A stretch of DNA of 64,000 nt from assembly GCA_963778565.1 (NCBI GenBank), contig CAVZUZ010000012.1, positions 304,578 through 368,577 on the forward strand, given 5' to 3'. Numbering within the stretch: position 1 is the first letter of the stretch; each line of letters begins with the position of its first letter. The notes below the pieces were generated by a model that did not search any database, had not been told where the DNA came from, and saw only the letters and a list, made by a program, of their open reading frames with translations. The DNA is from Thermoanaerobaculaceae bacterium. GTDB lineage: Bacteria > Acidobacteriota > Thermoanaerobaculia > Multivoradales > UBA5704. Positions 19,323 through 29,155 of the stretch are shown here, one piece after another. Position numbers and translations under genes: made by a program.

Positions 19323-19817
19323 TCAGCTGACGAGCGCCTCCTGGTTGACGCGGCTCTCCGCCAGCTCGCTCAGCCGCTCGTCCGCCTCCTCTTCCTCCTG
19401 CAGCGTGCGCTCGAGCAGCGAGACGTGCTCGCCCTTGCCGAGCAGCTCGGCGTAGGTGCGCACCGTGCCGTAGCCGGCGATCTCGTAGTGCTCCACCCGC
19501 TGCGCGGCGGCGATCAAGCCGGCGTCGAGCACCGCGGCGTCGCCGCGCATATGGAGCATCTGGTCGCCTTCCTTGGTCAGGCCCTTCATGCCCTCGCAAG
19601 TGTGACCTTTGGGGTTCTCCCGCAGGTCCTGGAAGATGCGTTCGAGCCGGCGGACGTGCTCGTTGGTCTGCCGCAGGTGATCTTCGAAAGCCTTGCGCAA
19701 TTCGGGCGCGTTGGCTCCCTCCGCCATCTTCGGCAAGGCGTCGATGAGCTGCGTCTCGGCGCTGTAGAGGTCTTTGAGCTGTTCGAGGTAGAGGTCTTTG
19801 AGGGATTCCAACTTCAT
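19323..19817 (-). CDS. Ferritin-like DUF892 (YciE/YciF-type) stress protein
   Basis: LKDLYLEQLKDLYSAE.Q...ALPKMA..A....L..AF..HL.QT..H..RLE.IF, VEHYEIA.YG pattern typical of the family. Confidence 0.8.
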   Translation of the reverse strand: MKLESLKDLYLEQLKDLYSAETQLIDALPKMAEGANAPELRKAFEDHLRQTNEHVRRLERIFQDLRENPKGHTCEGMKGLTKEGDQMLHMRGDAAVLDAGLIAAAQRVEHYEIAGYGTVRTYAELLGKGEHVSLLERTLQEEEEADERLSELAESRVNQEALVS

Positions 19818-19941
19818 GGCTCCTCCTTGCTTGTAACTGCCAGTTGTCAGATCGGCGCTCTTGGCGGGCGCCGGGAGGGCTTCAGAGGCGGGAAACCCCG
19901 CAAGATCTGTGCCGAGAGGAATTGACCGCGTGTGCCTCTCG

Positions 19942-20120
19942 CTAGGCCGGAACGGGGCCCGGTCCCTCGATCTTGAAATGCGGGTTCTCGATGATGCCGA
20001 GGACGTTGCCGAAGGGATCGAGCACCGAAGCGACGCGGATGCCGCCGCCCACGTCCTGCACCTCTCCGTGCGGCTGCGCGCTTCGCGCCTTCGGCGCGAG
20101 CAGAGCGTCCGCGCATTTTA
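19942..20120 (-). pseudogene. C-terminal remnant of a VOC/glyoxalase-family gene (no start codon, ~55 codons)
   Basis: Minus-strand frame reads ...HGEVQDVGGGIRVASVLDPFGNVLGIIENPHFKIEGPGPVPA*, with no in-frame start and a TAA in an adjacent frame upstream. Confidence 0.35.
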
Positions 20121-20229
20121 CTGCTTGACTTCCGCCTTCCTGCTTTCATAGGATCGCAGCAACAAACAAACGGCCCGGAGTGAGCGACGAACTCAACTCC
20201 GAGCCTGACCACGCAAAGGAGACAGCCCT

Positions 20230-20721
20230 ATGCGCAGCTACCCCGATAATAGCAACGCCTTCTCCTCTTCCTTCCTCGAAGCTTTCATGGAGCGCGACGA
20301 GCCGCCCACGGCGGGCGAAGCCGACGTGGCCGGACCGTGGTTCGTCGAGCCGATCCCGGGCCTGGGGTTCGGGCTGTTCCGCGCCGGCGAGACGCTGGCG
20401 CGGGGCTTCCGGCCGGCGGCGGTGTTCCCGGACCGCTGGCTGGCGCTCCTCGCCGCGGCGGTGCTGCCCGGCACCGGCCGCGACGCGCTGCTGCGGCTGC
20501 ACAAAGAGACCGACCCGGAGGGCTACGGCGTGGCGCTGGACGACGGCACGGTGATCGGCCATCTCGAGCTGTTCGACGAGCCGCTGCTGGATGCCATGAA
20601 CGTCGCCGTGTCCCTGGCGCGGTCGCCGCGCTCGCTGGCGTACCTCCTGGAGGCGGCCGGCCCGCTCGCCCTCGAGCGGTGCGGGGCCATCCTCGCGGTG
20701 CGATCTCTCGCGGACGTTTGA
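20230..20721 (+). CDS. Hypothetical protein
   Basis: 163-codon ORF with a non-degenerate composition. No motif recognised. Confidence 0.45.
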   Translation: MRSYPDNSNAFSSSFLEAFMERDEPPTAGEADVAGPWFVEPIPGLGFGLFRAGETLARGFRPAAVFPDRWLALLAAAVLPGTGRDALLRLHKETDPEGYGVALDDGTVIGHLELFDEPLLDAMNVAVSLARSPRSLAYLLEAAGPLALERCGAILAVRSLADV

Positions 20722-20749
20722 GCGGTTTGCCCCCGGAGGAGGGAGGCCA

Positions 20750-21030
20750 CAACCCCCGACGGGGGAGAGCCTGTACCCGACGGGGGGAAGCCTGCCCCCT
20801 TCAGGGGGAGAGCTGCCCCCGACGGGGGGAGGGCCGTACCTTAGCGGGGCCTTAACGCCCCCGAAGGGGGGAGGCCCGTACCTTAGCGGGGCCTTAACCT
20901 CCCCCGAAGGGGGGAGGCCTGTACCTTAGCGGGGGCTTAACGTCCCCCAAAGGGGGAGGCCTGTACCTTAGCGGGGGCTTAACTCCCCCGACGGGGGGAG
21001 GGCCGTACCTTAGCGGGGCCTTAACCTCCC
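20750..21030. repeat. Tandem array of nine C5/G5 hairpin units (4 short ~20-nt units, then 5 units of ~42 nt)
   Basis: Unit = (c)cccccgaaggggggagg + cc(t/c)gtaccttagcgggg(g/c)cttaac. Full copies at about 20831, 20857, 20899, 20942, 20984. Confidence 0.85.
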
Positions 21031-21091
21031 CGACAAGAACCTCCAACGGGCCGCTTGACGAATACGTTACTGAACTTCCGTTCCAGAGCAC

Positions 21092-21346
21092 TTAGCTCAA
21101 TTTGAGATCCTCGAGCGAGGCGGCTGTACCGACGCGAAGGCCCAACTCCATCACCTCCTCGATCGAGCCGATCGCGTCGATCTGCCGCCGGATCTCCTCG
21201 GGCAACGGACCGAACCGCTTCTCAAGCTCCCGCAAGAGGATTCCGCGGCTTTTTTCGAGCCCCTGTTCGCGTCCCTGTTCGAGCCCCTGTTCGAGCCCCT
21301 CCTGTTTCCACTGCTCCGTCCATTCCATAACGCGTTCGGCGAGCAT
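21092..21346 (-). CDS. DUF4351-domain small protein (C-terminal domain of Rpn/YhgA-like PD-(D/E)XK nucleases, no nuclease part)
   Basis: MLAERVMEWTEQWKQEGLEQGLEQG....LLRELEKRFGPLPEEIRRQI. AGGAGG 8 nt before the ATG. Confidence 0.7.
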   Translation of the reverse strand: MLAERVMEWTEQWKQEGLEQGLEQGREQGLEKSRGILLRELEKRFGPLPEEIRRQIDAIGSIEEVMELGLRVGTAASLEDLKLS

Positions 21347-21481
21347 CGACTTGACCTCCTGAAGATCTGCGACCTGTGGGATCGCAATCCCGGGAACCCG
21401 TGCGGGGCGGCGGCATTGTCGCAGCGCCCGATGAAAGACGCAAGAAAGCCACGGCGTGTTCTCCTTTACAGCCCGGGACCT

Positions 21482-22621
21482 TCAGACCGCCACCTGGGTG
21501 GGGAACGATGCCGCGTCCTCCAACACGCCGTCCGTGGCGAGCACCTCGCCATAGGCCGCGAGATAGGCCGCCACCATGCGCTCGGAGGTGAGCTGGAGGG
21601 CGCGGGCGCGAGAGCCGGCGGCGAGCGAGGCGCGACGGTCCGGATCCGCGATCAGCCGGCCCAACGCATCTTCCAACGCCTCCGGATCGTCCGGCGAAAC
21701 GAAGACTGCGCGGTGGCGCCAGATCTCCCGCAGGCTCGGGATGTCGCCCAGCACCAGGGTGCAGCCGGAGAGGGCGGCCTCCAGCACGGAGAGTCCGAAG
21801 GGCTCGTAGCGGGTCGGCAGGCAGTAGATGGCCGCGCGGCCGAGCCATGCGCCGAGGGCCCACTCCGAGAGGCGCCCGAGGAGCCGCGAGTGGTGCGGCC
21901 GCGCCTCGCCGCCATCCGGATGGTGGTTCTCACCGGCCACGAAGACCGGCCAGGGAAGCCGCGGCGCCACCCGCTCCAACGCTTCGAGGTTCTTGGCCTC
22001 GTCCCCGAGGCGGCCGGCGGCGAAGACGATCGGTTCCTTGCCGGCGGGCCTGAAAAGCCGGGGATCACGGCCGTTCAGGATCAACCGCGTCCGCGGCAGG
22101 CCGCCGTAGAGCCTGCCGAGCGCGGTGAGCATCGCCTGCGTGGAAGCGACCACGAGATCGGCGGCGGCGAGGCCGGCGGCGACTTCCTGCGCGTAGCGGC
22201 GCTAGCCCTCCGGAGCCGCCTCCCCCTTGACGGCCTGCCACCAGGAGAGCCTGCAGGAGTGGCCCACCATCACCTTGGGAGCGTTCCACGGCAGCGAGCC
22301 GTGAACGAAGCCGTTGAGATGGATGAGATCGGGGCCGATGCGGTCCTCGAGCCGGAGCAGCCATTCGCCGGCCTTCTCCACGTCCCGCCAGGGGTCCTCC
22401 ATCCACTCCGGCTTGAAGGCGCCCTCGAAGACCCTGAGACGGGGGATGCGATTCGCTTTTTCCCGCTGCAGGACGTTCAACGGCTCGCCCATGGTGGCGA
22501 GCGCCACCTCGACACCGCGCTCGGCGAGCCCCCGCGCCAGCTCGATGGCGTACGTCCAGACGTCGCCGGCCGTGTCCGCGGTCATCAGGACCTTGCGGGG
22601 CAGTGGAACGTTCTCGCTCAT
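21482..22621 (-). pseudogene. GT4-family glycosyltransferase interrupted by one in-frame TAG (22202-22204)
   Basis: ORFs 22202..22666 (N-half, start ATG 22621) and 21482..22153 (C-half, EPFGLSVLEAALSG) share one frame. Codons between them read ...APEG*RRYAQEVAAGLAAADLVVAST. Confidence 0.75.
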
Positions 22622-22690
22622 ACCGCTCCTCCAACGCAGTGCTGCGCTGACGGTGGATCTATCCAAGATCCGTGCCGTCCGACCTCCTTT

Positions 22691-24571
22691 CTACGGAGCA
22701 AGAGGGCCGGCCGCCCAGAGCGTTTCGGCGAGCCCCGACACTCCAGCGATCGCTTGTAAAGGTTGCCCACGCGCGCGGGCACGTTTACACCGGGCCCGGC
22801 TTCCGTCTATCGCCGGATCGCCGCCTGGAAGCTCCGCGAACGGCAGGGTGTTGAGCACGTCTCTCGCCTCCAGACCGGCGCGGCGGGCCTGCTCGATGCC
22901 GTAGCGCAGCAGCTCCAGCTCGCGGGTGCGGTGCGAGTCGCTGTTGATCACCACCTTGCAGCCCAGCTCCTTGGCGAGCTGCAGGTGGGTGTCCTTGAGG
23001 TCGAGGCGCTGGGGATTGGAGTTCAGCTCGACGGCGACGCCCAGCTCGGCGGCCCGGCGCAGGACGCGGTCGACGTCCATCTCCACCGGCTTGCGGCGAT
23101 TGATGTAGCGCGCCGTGGGATGGCAGAAGACGTTGACCTCCGGATGCTCCAGGGCCCGCAGCACCCGCGCCGTCTGCTGGTCAGCCGGCAGGTCGAAGCG
23201 GGAGTGGAGGGAGACGAGCACCAGGTCGAGCCCGGCGAGCATCTCGTCCTCCAGGTCGAGCGCGCCGTCGCCGAGGATATCCACCTCCATGGAGCGCAGG
23301 ATGCGGATCTCCGGATGGCGGGCGCGGACCGCGTCGATCTCGTGCCACTGCAGGCGCAGGCGGTAGGCGTCCAGGCCGCCGGTCATCGCCAGCGACTTGC
23401 TGTGGTCCGAGATGACCATGTACTCGTAGCCGCGGGCGGCGCAGGCCGCGACCATCTCCTCGATGGTGTTGCGGCCGTCCGACCAGGTGGAGTGCATGTG
23501 CAGGTCGCCCTTCATGTCCTCCAGCCGGATGAGATGGGGCAGGCGTCCGGCGGCCGCGGCCTCGATCTCGCCGCGGTCTTCCCGCAGCTCGGGCGGGATC
23601 CAGGCGAGCCCCGCCGTGGCGTAGACGTCCGCCTCCTCGCGGCCGGCGATCCGCTCCCCCTCCGCCTCGCGGTCCTGCTCGTCGAGCCGGAAGACGCCGT
23701 ACTCCGAGATGCGCAGGCCGCGCTCGACGGCCCGGCGCCGGAGCTTGACGTTGTGCTCCTTCGAGCCGGTGAAGTAGACGAGAGCCGCGCCGTAACATTC
23801 GGCCGGCACCACCCGCAGGTCCACCTGCAATCCCGAGCCGATGACGACCGTGCTGCGGGTATCGCCGGCCATCAGGATCTTGTCCACCTGCGGATAGCCG
23901 CGGAAGCGCTCCATCACCGGCAGGGGACGCGAGGCGATCGCCAGCAGGTCGATGTCGCCCACCGTCTCGCGGCGGCGGCGATAGCTGCCGGCCACCTCCA
24001 GGCGCTCCACCTCGGGGATCTCGCGCAGGTAGGCGAGTAGCGGCTCGACGTAGCGCTCGGCGTCCGGCAGCAGGAAGCGGCTGCCGTGCAGGCGGTATTC
24101 CTGGATGCCGGCGAGGATCTTCTCCTGGCTCTTGGCGCCGAAGCCGGGGATGGCGGCGATCCGCCCCGCTTTGGCGGCGGCCTCCAGCTCGTCGATCGAG
24201 CCGACCTCGAGCTCGTCGAAGATCTTCTTGGCCTTCTTGGGGCCGAGCGCGGGCAGGCGCATCAGCTCGATCAACGAGCGGGGCACGTCGGCCAGCAGCT
24301 CGTCGCGGAAGCCGAGGGTGCCGGTCTCCACCATCTCGCGGATGTGGCTCGCCATCTCCTTGCCGATCCCCGGCAGGTCGGTGAGCGGCCGGTTCTCCTC
24401 GACCCACTTCCTCAGCGGCGTCGTCAGACCCTCGACGGTACGGGTGGCGTTCCGATAGGCGCGGATGCGGAAGGGATTGGCGTTCTGGATCTCGAGGATG
24501 TCGGCGACCTCCTCGAGGACGCGGGCGATTTCGGGGTTGTCCAAGGGTGGAATCTCCGGAAGATTCGGCAA
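22691..24571 (-). CDS. polX: DNA polymerase X family protein with C-terminal PHP domain (start TTG 24571 or TTG 24544)
   Basis: NPEIARVLEEVADILEIQNANPFRIRAYRNA, HhH motifs (LPGIGKEMA, IPGFGAKS), GSYRRRRETVGDIDLL, HMHSTWSDG (PHP). Confidence 0.9.
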   Translation of the reverse strand: MPNLPEIPPLDNPEIARVLEEVADILEIQNANPFRIRAYRNATRTVEGLTTPLRKWVEENRPLTDLPGIGKEMASHIREMVETGTLGFRDELLADVPRSLIELMRLPALGPKKAKKIFDELEVGSIDELEAAAKAGRIAAIPGFGAKSQEKILAGIQEYRLHGSRFLLPDAERYVEPLLAYLREIPEVERLEVAGSYRRRRETVGDIDLLAIASRPLPVMERFRGYPQVDKILMAGDTRSTVVIGSGLQVDLRVVPAECYGAALVYFTGSKEHNVKLRRRAVERGLRISEYGVFRLDEQDREAEGERIAGREEADVYATAGLAWIPPELREDRGEIEAAAAGRLPHLIRLEDMKGDLHMHSTWSDGRNTIEEMVAACAARGYEYMVISDHSKSLAMTGGLDAYRLRLQWHEIDAVRARHPEIRILRSMEVDILGDGALDLEDEMLAGLDLVLVSLHSRFDLPADQQTARVLRALEHPEVNVFCHPTARYINRRKPVEMDVDRVLRRAAELGVAVELNSNPQRLDLKDTHLQLAKELGCKVVINSDSHRTRELELLRYGIEQARRAGLEARDVLNTLPFAELPGGDPAIDGSRARCKRARARGQPLQAIAGVSGLAETLWAAGPLAP

Positions 24572-24600
24572 CGGTTATAGTATCTGTGCTGGAGGTTGAT

Positions 24601-24777
24601 ATGGCGCAGGCGGCTCTCGAAGAGGATCGACTCAAGGAGCTCTTGAAAGAAGCGGTCGTCGAGGCCCTTGAGGAGGTGTTGGAAGATATTGCTTTGGCTC
24701 GGGCAATCCAGCAAGGGATGCAGACGGAGACCGTTTCTCGCGAAGAAGTCTTCCGAGTTCTCGAGCGCATCGAGTGA
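24601..24777 (+). CDS. Type II antitoxin (partner of the RelE/ParE toxin)
   Basis: 58-codon acidic ORF directly upstream of, and overlapping (GTGA), the RelE-like gene. GGAGG 7 nt before ATG 24601. Confidence 0.65.
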   Translation: MAQAALEEDRLKELLKEAVVEALEEVLEDIALARAIQQGMQTETVSREEVFRVLERIE

Positions 24778-25040
24778 AGGTTGAGTTTAAAGAGAGCTTC
24801 GTCAGAGATTTACGGGGCATCCGGGATAACAAGGTCCTGGATCGCATCAAGCAGGCCATCCTGAACATCGAGGGCGCGAACCGCCTGGACGAGATCCTCC
24901 GCCTCAAGAAACTGAAAGGCGAGGAGCGGTCGTACCGAATCCGGGTGGGGGATTACAGAATCGGCCTCATCGTCGACGGTGACCTGGTCGTCCTGGCCAG
25001 GGCTCTCCACAGGAGAGAAATTTATCGATACTTTCCCTGA
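24774..25040 (+). CDS. RelE/ParE-family toxin
   Basis: MKVEFKESFVRDL..I.......RI...I.........L.KLKG....YRIRVGDYRIGLIVDGD.VVLARALHRREIYR. Confidence 0.85.
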   Translation: MKVEFKESFVRDLRGIRDNKVLDRIKQAILNIEGANRLDEILRLKKLKGEERSYRIRVGDYRIGLIVDGDLVVLARALHRREIYRYFP

Positions 25041-25051
25041 CTTCCACGAGA

Positions 25052-26134
25052 CTATGTTCCGGTCCCGCCGTACGCCGCCGCCCTCCCCTGCAGCTCGTTG
25101 TTCTGCACCGCCGCCTCATCGGACAATCGGGTGAGTACCGAGGGAGCCCAGCGGGAGGTGCTTTGCCAACCGGGCCGCGCCTCGTCGCCGTCGCTTCCCG
25201 ACGGGCCCGGGAGCAGGCGCGCCGCCAGCTCCAGGAGGCGCGCGGTGAGGTTGGGGGCCAGCGCGCTGGCGACCATCGCCGCGCGGGCCTGCGGTGTCAG
25301 GATGAGGCTCGGCTCGCCGTAGCGGCAGGCCTCGACGATCCGCCGGGCGGCCCGCCGGCCGGCCATCGAGGCCGGCGGCAGCGAGCCGCTCACCGCGAAC
25401 CAGGCGAACTCCGCCTCGCGCCGGCCTTTGAACGTGGCGTTCACGTGCGAGCCGGTGCGCATCAGCCCCGGACACACCGTCGTGACATAGATCCCTTCTT
25501 TCGCCAGCTCGGACCGCAGGCCGTCGGAAAGCCCGACGAGGGCGAATTTGCTGGCGCTGTAAGGGAGGAGGTGAGGCACCGCGATGCGGCCGCCGATCGA
25601 CGAAATGTTGACGATGCGCCCGCCGCCCTGCCGGCGGAGATGGGGCAGGGCGGCCAGGGTGGCGTAGAGCGGGCCCCAGAAGTGGACCCGCAGCGCCTCC
25701 TCGAAGTCCTCCACCGACATGTGCTCCAGGGGACCCACCTGAATCGTGCCGGCGTTGTTGATCAGGACGTCGAGGCGGCCGAAGCGCTCGGCCGCCGAGT
25801 CGATCGCCCAGCGGACCTCGTCACGGTCGCCGACGTCGCACGGCAGGGCCAGCACCCGGTAGCCGCCGAGCGCCGCCAGCTCGCGGCGGGCGAGGTCCAG
25901 CTCCGCGGGATCGCGGGCCAGGATCGCCAGCCGCGCCCCTGCCGCCGCCAGCTCCCGCGCCAGCAGCAGCCCAAGGCCGCGGGAGCCGCCGGTGACCACC
26001 GCGACGCGATCGCGGAAGTCGATCGGCGGACGCCGCCGCAGCGCGCGCGCCGCGGCGGCCATCCCGGCTGCCGCGAGAACGACGGCGGCCGGTCCGGCCA
26101 GCCGTTTCACGCCCTCCCGGGTCACGGCCTTCAT
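25052..26134 (-). CDS. SDR-family oxidoreductase with N-terminal membrane anchor
   Basis: [23 protein letters not shown] (YxxxK). ATG 26134 overlaps the stop of the upstream dehydrogenase (ATGA). Confidence 0.85.
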   Translation of the reverse strand: MKAVTREGVKRLAGPAAVVLAAAGMAAAARALRRRPPIDFRDRVAVVTGGSRGLGLLLARELAAAGARLAILARDPAELDLARRELAALGGYRVLALPCDVGDRDEVRWAIDSAAERFGRLDVLINNAGTIQVGPLEHMSVEDFEEALRVHFWGPLYATLAALPHLRRQGGGRIVNISSIGGRIAVPHLLPYSASKFALVGLSDGLRSELAKEGIYVTTVCPGLMRTGSHVNATFKGRREAEFAWFAVSGSLPPASMAGRRAARRIVEACRYGEPSLILTPQARAAMVASALAPNLTARLLELAARLLPGPSGSDGDEARPGWQSTSRWAPSVLTRLSDEAAVQNNELQGRAAAYGGTGT

Positions 26135-27360
26135 GCGGGCTCCCGCCCGTTGCCGCCGTTCGTCCGGGGATGGGCATGGCCGTTGCCTCCCGGCTTGAGG
26201 ACGATCTTGATGCAGCTGTCCTCCTTGTCGCGGAAGGTGCGGTAACCCCAGGGCGCATCTTCGAGGCCGAGGCGATGGCTGATGATCCGGGAGGGATCGA
26301 TCTCGCCGTCGACGATCCGCTGCAACAGGGGACGCAGATAACGGTGGACGTGCGTCTGCCCCATCTTCAGCGTCAGGCCCTTGCCGAAGGCGGCGCCGAA
26401 GGGGATCTTGTCGAGCAGGCCACCGTAGACGCCGGGGATCGAGACGGTGCCGCACTTGCGGCAGGCCTGGATGGCCTCGCGCAAGGCGTGCGAGCGGTCG
26501 GTCGCCAACCGCACCGATCGCTTGGCCTGGTCATACAGGGCGTCCAGCGTGGTGCCGTGCGCCTCCATGCCCACGGCGTCGATGCAGGCGTCCGGACCGA
26601 AGCCGCCGGTCATCTCCCGCAGCGTCTCGACGACGCTGTCCACCTCCTGGTAGTCGATCACCTCGGCGCGGCCCCAGCTCTCGGCCAGCAGCAGCCGCTC
26701 GGGAAAACGATCGATGGCGATCACCCGTCCGGCGCCCAGCATCCAGGCGCTCTGAATGGCGAACAGACCCACCGGACCGCAGCCCCAGACGGCCACCGTG
26801 TCCCCCGGCTGGATGTTGCAGTTCTCCGCCGCCATGTAGCCGGTGGGGAAGATGTCGGAAAGGAAGAGGACCTTCTCGTCTTCAACCCCGTCCGGGAGCT
26901 TCAGCGGTCCGACGTCCGCGAAGGGCACGCGGGCGTATTCGGCCTGGCCGCCGGCGTAACCACCCATCATGTGCGAGTAGCCGAAGAGGCCCGAGCCCGC
27001 GTGGCCGTAGGCCTTCTCCACCATCCAGGCGTTCGGGTTCGAGTTGTCGCAGGCCGACCACAGGCCCTTCTGACAGAAGAAGCAGCGGCCGCAGGCGATG
27101 GTGAAGGGCACCACCACGCGATCCCCCGGCCGCAGGTTGTCCACGCTGCGGCCGACCTCGACCACCTCGCCCATGAACTCGTGGCCGAGAATGTCCCCCT
27201 TCTTCATGCTGGGGATGAAGCCGTCGTAGAGGTGGATGTCCGAGCCGCAGATGGCCGTCGAGGTGATGCGCACGATGGCGTCGCGGGGGTTCAGGATCTC
27301 CGGGTCCGGCACCGTCTCGACCCGGACGTCGGTCTTGCCGTTCCAACAGACTGCTTTCAT
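26131..27360 (-). CDS. Zinc-dependent alcohol dehydrogenase family (formaldehyde dehydrogenase-like)
   Basis: [56 protein letters not shown]. Confidence 0.88.
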   Translation of the reverse strand: MKAVCWNGKTDVRVETVPDPEILNPRDAIVRITSTAICGSDIHLYDGFIPSMKKGDILGHEFMGEVVEVGRSVDNLRPGDRVVVPFTIACGRCFFCQKGLWSACDNSNPNAWMVEKAYGHAGSGLFGYSHMMGGYAGGQAEYARVPFADVGPLKLPDGVEDEKVLFLSDIFPTGYMAAENCNIQPGDTVAVWGCGPVGLFAIQSAWMLGAGRVIAIDRFPERLLLAESWGRAEVIDYQEVDSVVETLREMTGGFGPDACIDAVGMEAHGTTLDALYDQAKRSVRLATDRSHALREAIQACRKCGTVSIPGVYGGLLDKIPFGAAFGKGLTLKMGQTHVHRYLRPLLQRIVDGEIDPSRIISHRLGLEDAPWGYRTFRDKEDSCIKIVLKPGGNGHAHPRTNGGNGREPA

Positions 27361-28124
27361 TGTCGTCTCTCCCGGCCTCGTCGAGGCGCTGATGTCTGGC
27401 TCAAAGCGGGTTGTGCAGGTTGAGGTGTGGGCGGGCTCCCGCGGGCTGGCTGGCCTTCCGTGGTCGGGATCTCGCCCGCCTCCATGAGCCGCTTGAATCG
27501 CCGCAGGTCCTCCCGCACCTGCTGCTCGGTGATCGGGGCGAGCACCTTGCCGACGGCCCGGCCGAGGCCGCCGGAGGCGACGAGCTCCATCGACACCCGC
27601 ACCACGGTGCCGCGCCCGGCGGCGGAGTCCTCGAAGAGCACCGTGCCGGCGTTGTGGACCTGCGAGCCGGGAAGCGAGCGCCAGGAAAGGAGCTGATCCT
27701 CGCGCTCCTCGACGATCCCGGCATCCCACTCGACCCGCAGCCCGAGCGGGCTCCTGCCGATCCAGTGCGAGCGGCCGCCGCCGAGGTCCGCCACCTCGTC
27801 GAGATGGCGCATGAAACGGGGCAGACCCTCCAGCCGGCGCCAGAAGGCGTACAGCTCGGCGCGCGGCCGGTCGATGGTGACGGCGGTCTCGACTGGCTCC
27901 GGCGACACGGCTTCGGAGGCCCGCCGGGCCAGCGCCTGGGGCAGGGGCCAGCGGCCGGTGGCACCGCGATAGATCAGGGGCGCGCCGGCGACCGCCGCCT
28001 TCCACGACCGCTGCCGGGCGGCCAGAGCGACCAGAGCCACGCCGCCGGCAAGCATCGCGGCCTGGGCGGCCCGGTTTCTCGCCCGGACCTGCTGGTAGGA
28101 GCTCGAAGCGACAGCGTCTCGCAC
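27357..28124 (-). CDS. SRPBCC (cyclase/dehydrase) protein with N-terminal DUF2892-like membrane segment
   Basis: Only the last ~255 codons of ORF 27357..29915 look protein-like ([26 protein letters not shown]...). GTG 28124 is preceded by GGAGG. The stop overlaps the ADH start. Confidence 0.7.
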   Translation of the reverse strand: MRDAVASSSYQQVRARNRAAQAAMLAGGVALVALAARQRSWKAAVAGAPLIYRGATGRWPLPQALARRASEAVSPEPVETAVTIDRPRAELYAFWRRLEGLPRFMRHLDEVADLGGGRSHWIGRSPLGLRVEWDAGIVEEREDQLLSWRSLPGSQVHNAGTVLFEDSAAGRGTVVRVSMELVASGGLGRAVGKVLAPITEQQVREDLRRFKRLMEAGEIPTTEGQPARGSPPTPQPAQPALSQTSAPRRGRERRQ

Positions 28125-28253
28125 GTGGATGCCTCCTTTTTGCAAAAGGTTTCTCGCCGGTAGTGCGGCCTCCTGGGATGACTGCAAGAGGATCGGGTCC
28201 TGTGGCGCCGGTCCACCCTGGAAGGGCCGCAAGAGGTATGCCATGCTCTTTCG

Positions 28254-29150
28254 ATGACCGAGCCCCTTCCCGAGATCACCATCTACACCGACGGCGGCGC
28301 CGATCCGAATCCGGGCACCGGCGGTTGGGCGGCGATCCTCATCGATCCGGCCAGCGGCAAGGCGCGGGAGATCTCGGGCGGCGAGCCGCAGGCCACCAAC
28401 AACCGGATGGAGCTGACGGCGGCCATCCGCGCCCTCGAGGCGTTGAAGCGGCCTTGCCGGGTGCGCCTCTTCACCGACTCCCTCTATCTGCGCAAGGGCA
28501 TCACCGAGTGGCTTCCCGGCTGGCGGACCCGCGGCTGGCGGCGGAAGACCGGCGAGCTGCAGAACGAGGATCTCTGGCGGCGGTTGGCCGAGCTGATCGA
28601 GCGCCACGAGGTCCGCTGGGATTGGGTCCGCGGGCATGCCGGAGACAAGTGGAACGAGCGCGCCGACGAGCTGGCGACGCGCGAGATCCGCCGGCGGCGG
28701 GCCGGCGAGAGCGCCGCGGCGGTCCCCGCAGCCGCCGAGGCCGACGTCTTCCTGCGCGTCTCCTGCGCCGGCCGCAGGGGAGGGTGGGCGGCCCTCGTCC
28801 GCCATGGCGGCGCCGAGACCGTGTTGTCCGGAGGTCTCGCGGCTACCACCGCCAACCAGCTCGACCTGCTGGGTGCCATTGCGGCGTTGGAGAAACTGCC
28901 GCGGGGGATCTCCGTCGCCGTCCACACCGGCTCGGACTACCTGCGCAACGGCGCCACCCGCTGGCTCGCCAGCTGGAAGCGCCGCGGCTGGAAGACGCAG
29001 GAGGGCCAACCGGTCCTCAACCGCGTGCTCTGGGAGCGGCTGGAGGCGGCCATGGCCGCCCGCCGCGTCTCCTGGCCGGAGGTCAAGGGCCGCGAGGTGC
29101 CGGAGCTGAAGGAGCTGGGGAAGGTGGCGAAAGAGGCGTCGCAGTCGTAG
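28254..29150 (+). CDS. rnhA: Ribonuclease HI fused to a second, catalytically degenerate RNase H-like domain
   Basis: Domain 1: [25 protein letters not shown] (DEDD). Domain 2 (about 28746-29150): [29 protein letters not shown] in the same spacing. Confidence 0.85.
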   Translation: MTEPLPEITIYTDGGADPNPGTGGWAAILIDPASGKAREISGGEPQATNNRMELTAAIRALEALKRPCRVRLFTDSLYLRKGITEWLPGWRTRGWRRKTGELQNEDLWRRLAELIERHEVRWDWVRGHAGDKWNERADELATREIRRRRAGESAAAVPAAAEADVFLRVSCAGRRGGWAALVRHGGAETVLSGGLAATTANQLDLLGAIAALEKLPRGISVAVHTGSDYLRNGATRWLASWKRRGWKTQEGQPVLNRVLWERLEAAMAARRVSWPEVKGREVPELKELGKVAKEASQS

Positions 29151-29155
29151 ATCCG

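Noticed and set aside
19818-19860. Second sigma-54 promoter (TGGCAGTTACAAGCAA on the minus strand) upstream of the DUF892 gene.
   Set aside because: GG-to-GC spacing is 9 rather than 10. The element would also place the transcription start on top of the RBS and ATG.
20750-21030. Looked like a CRISPR array (regular ~42-nt periodicity with a palindromic element).
   Set aside because: The segments between the hairpins are the same 27-nt sequence in every unit, so there are no unique spacers. No cas genes are nearby. It was called a tandem repeat instead.
28134-28150. Near-palindrome CCTTTTTGCAAAAGG just upstream of the SRPBCC-ADH-SDR operon start, as a possible operator.
   Set aside because: Only the 10-mer TTTTGCAAAA is perfectly symmetric. 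It is a single occurrence with no adjacent regulator gene, so evidence is insufficient.
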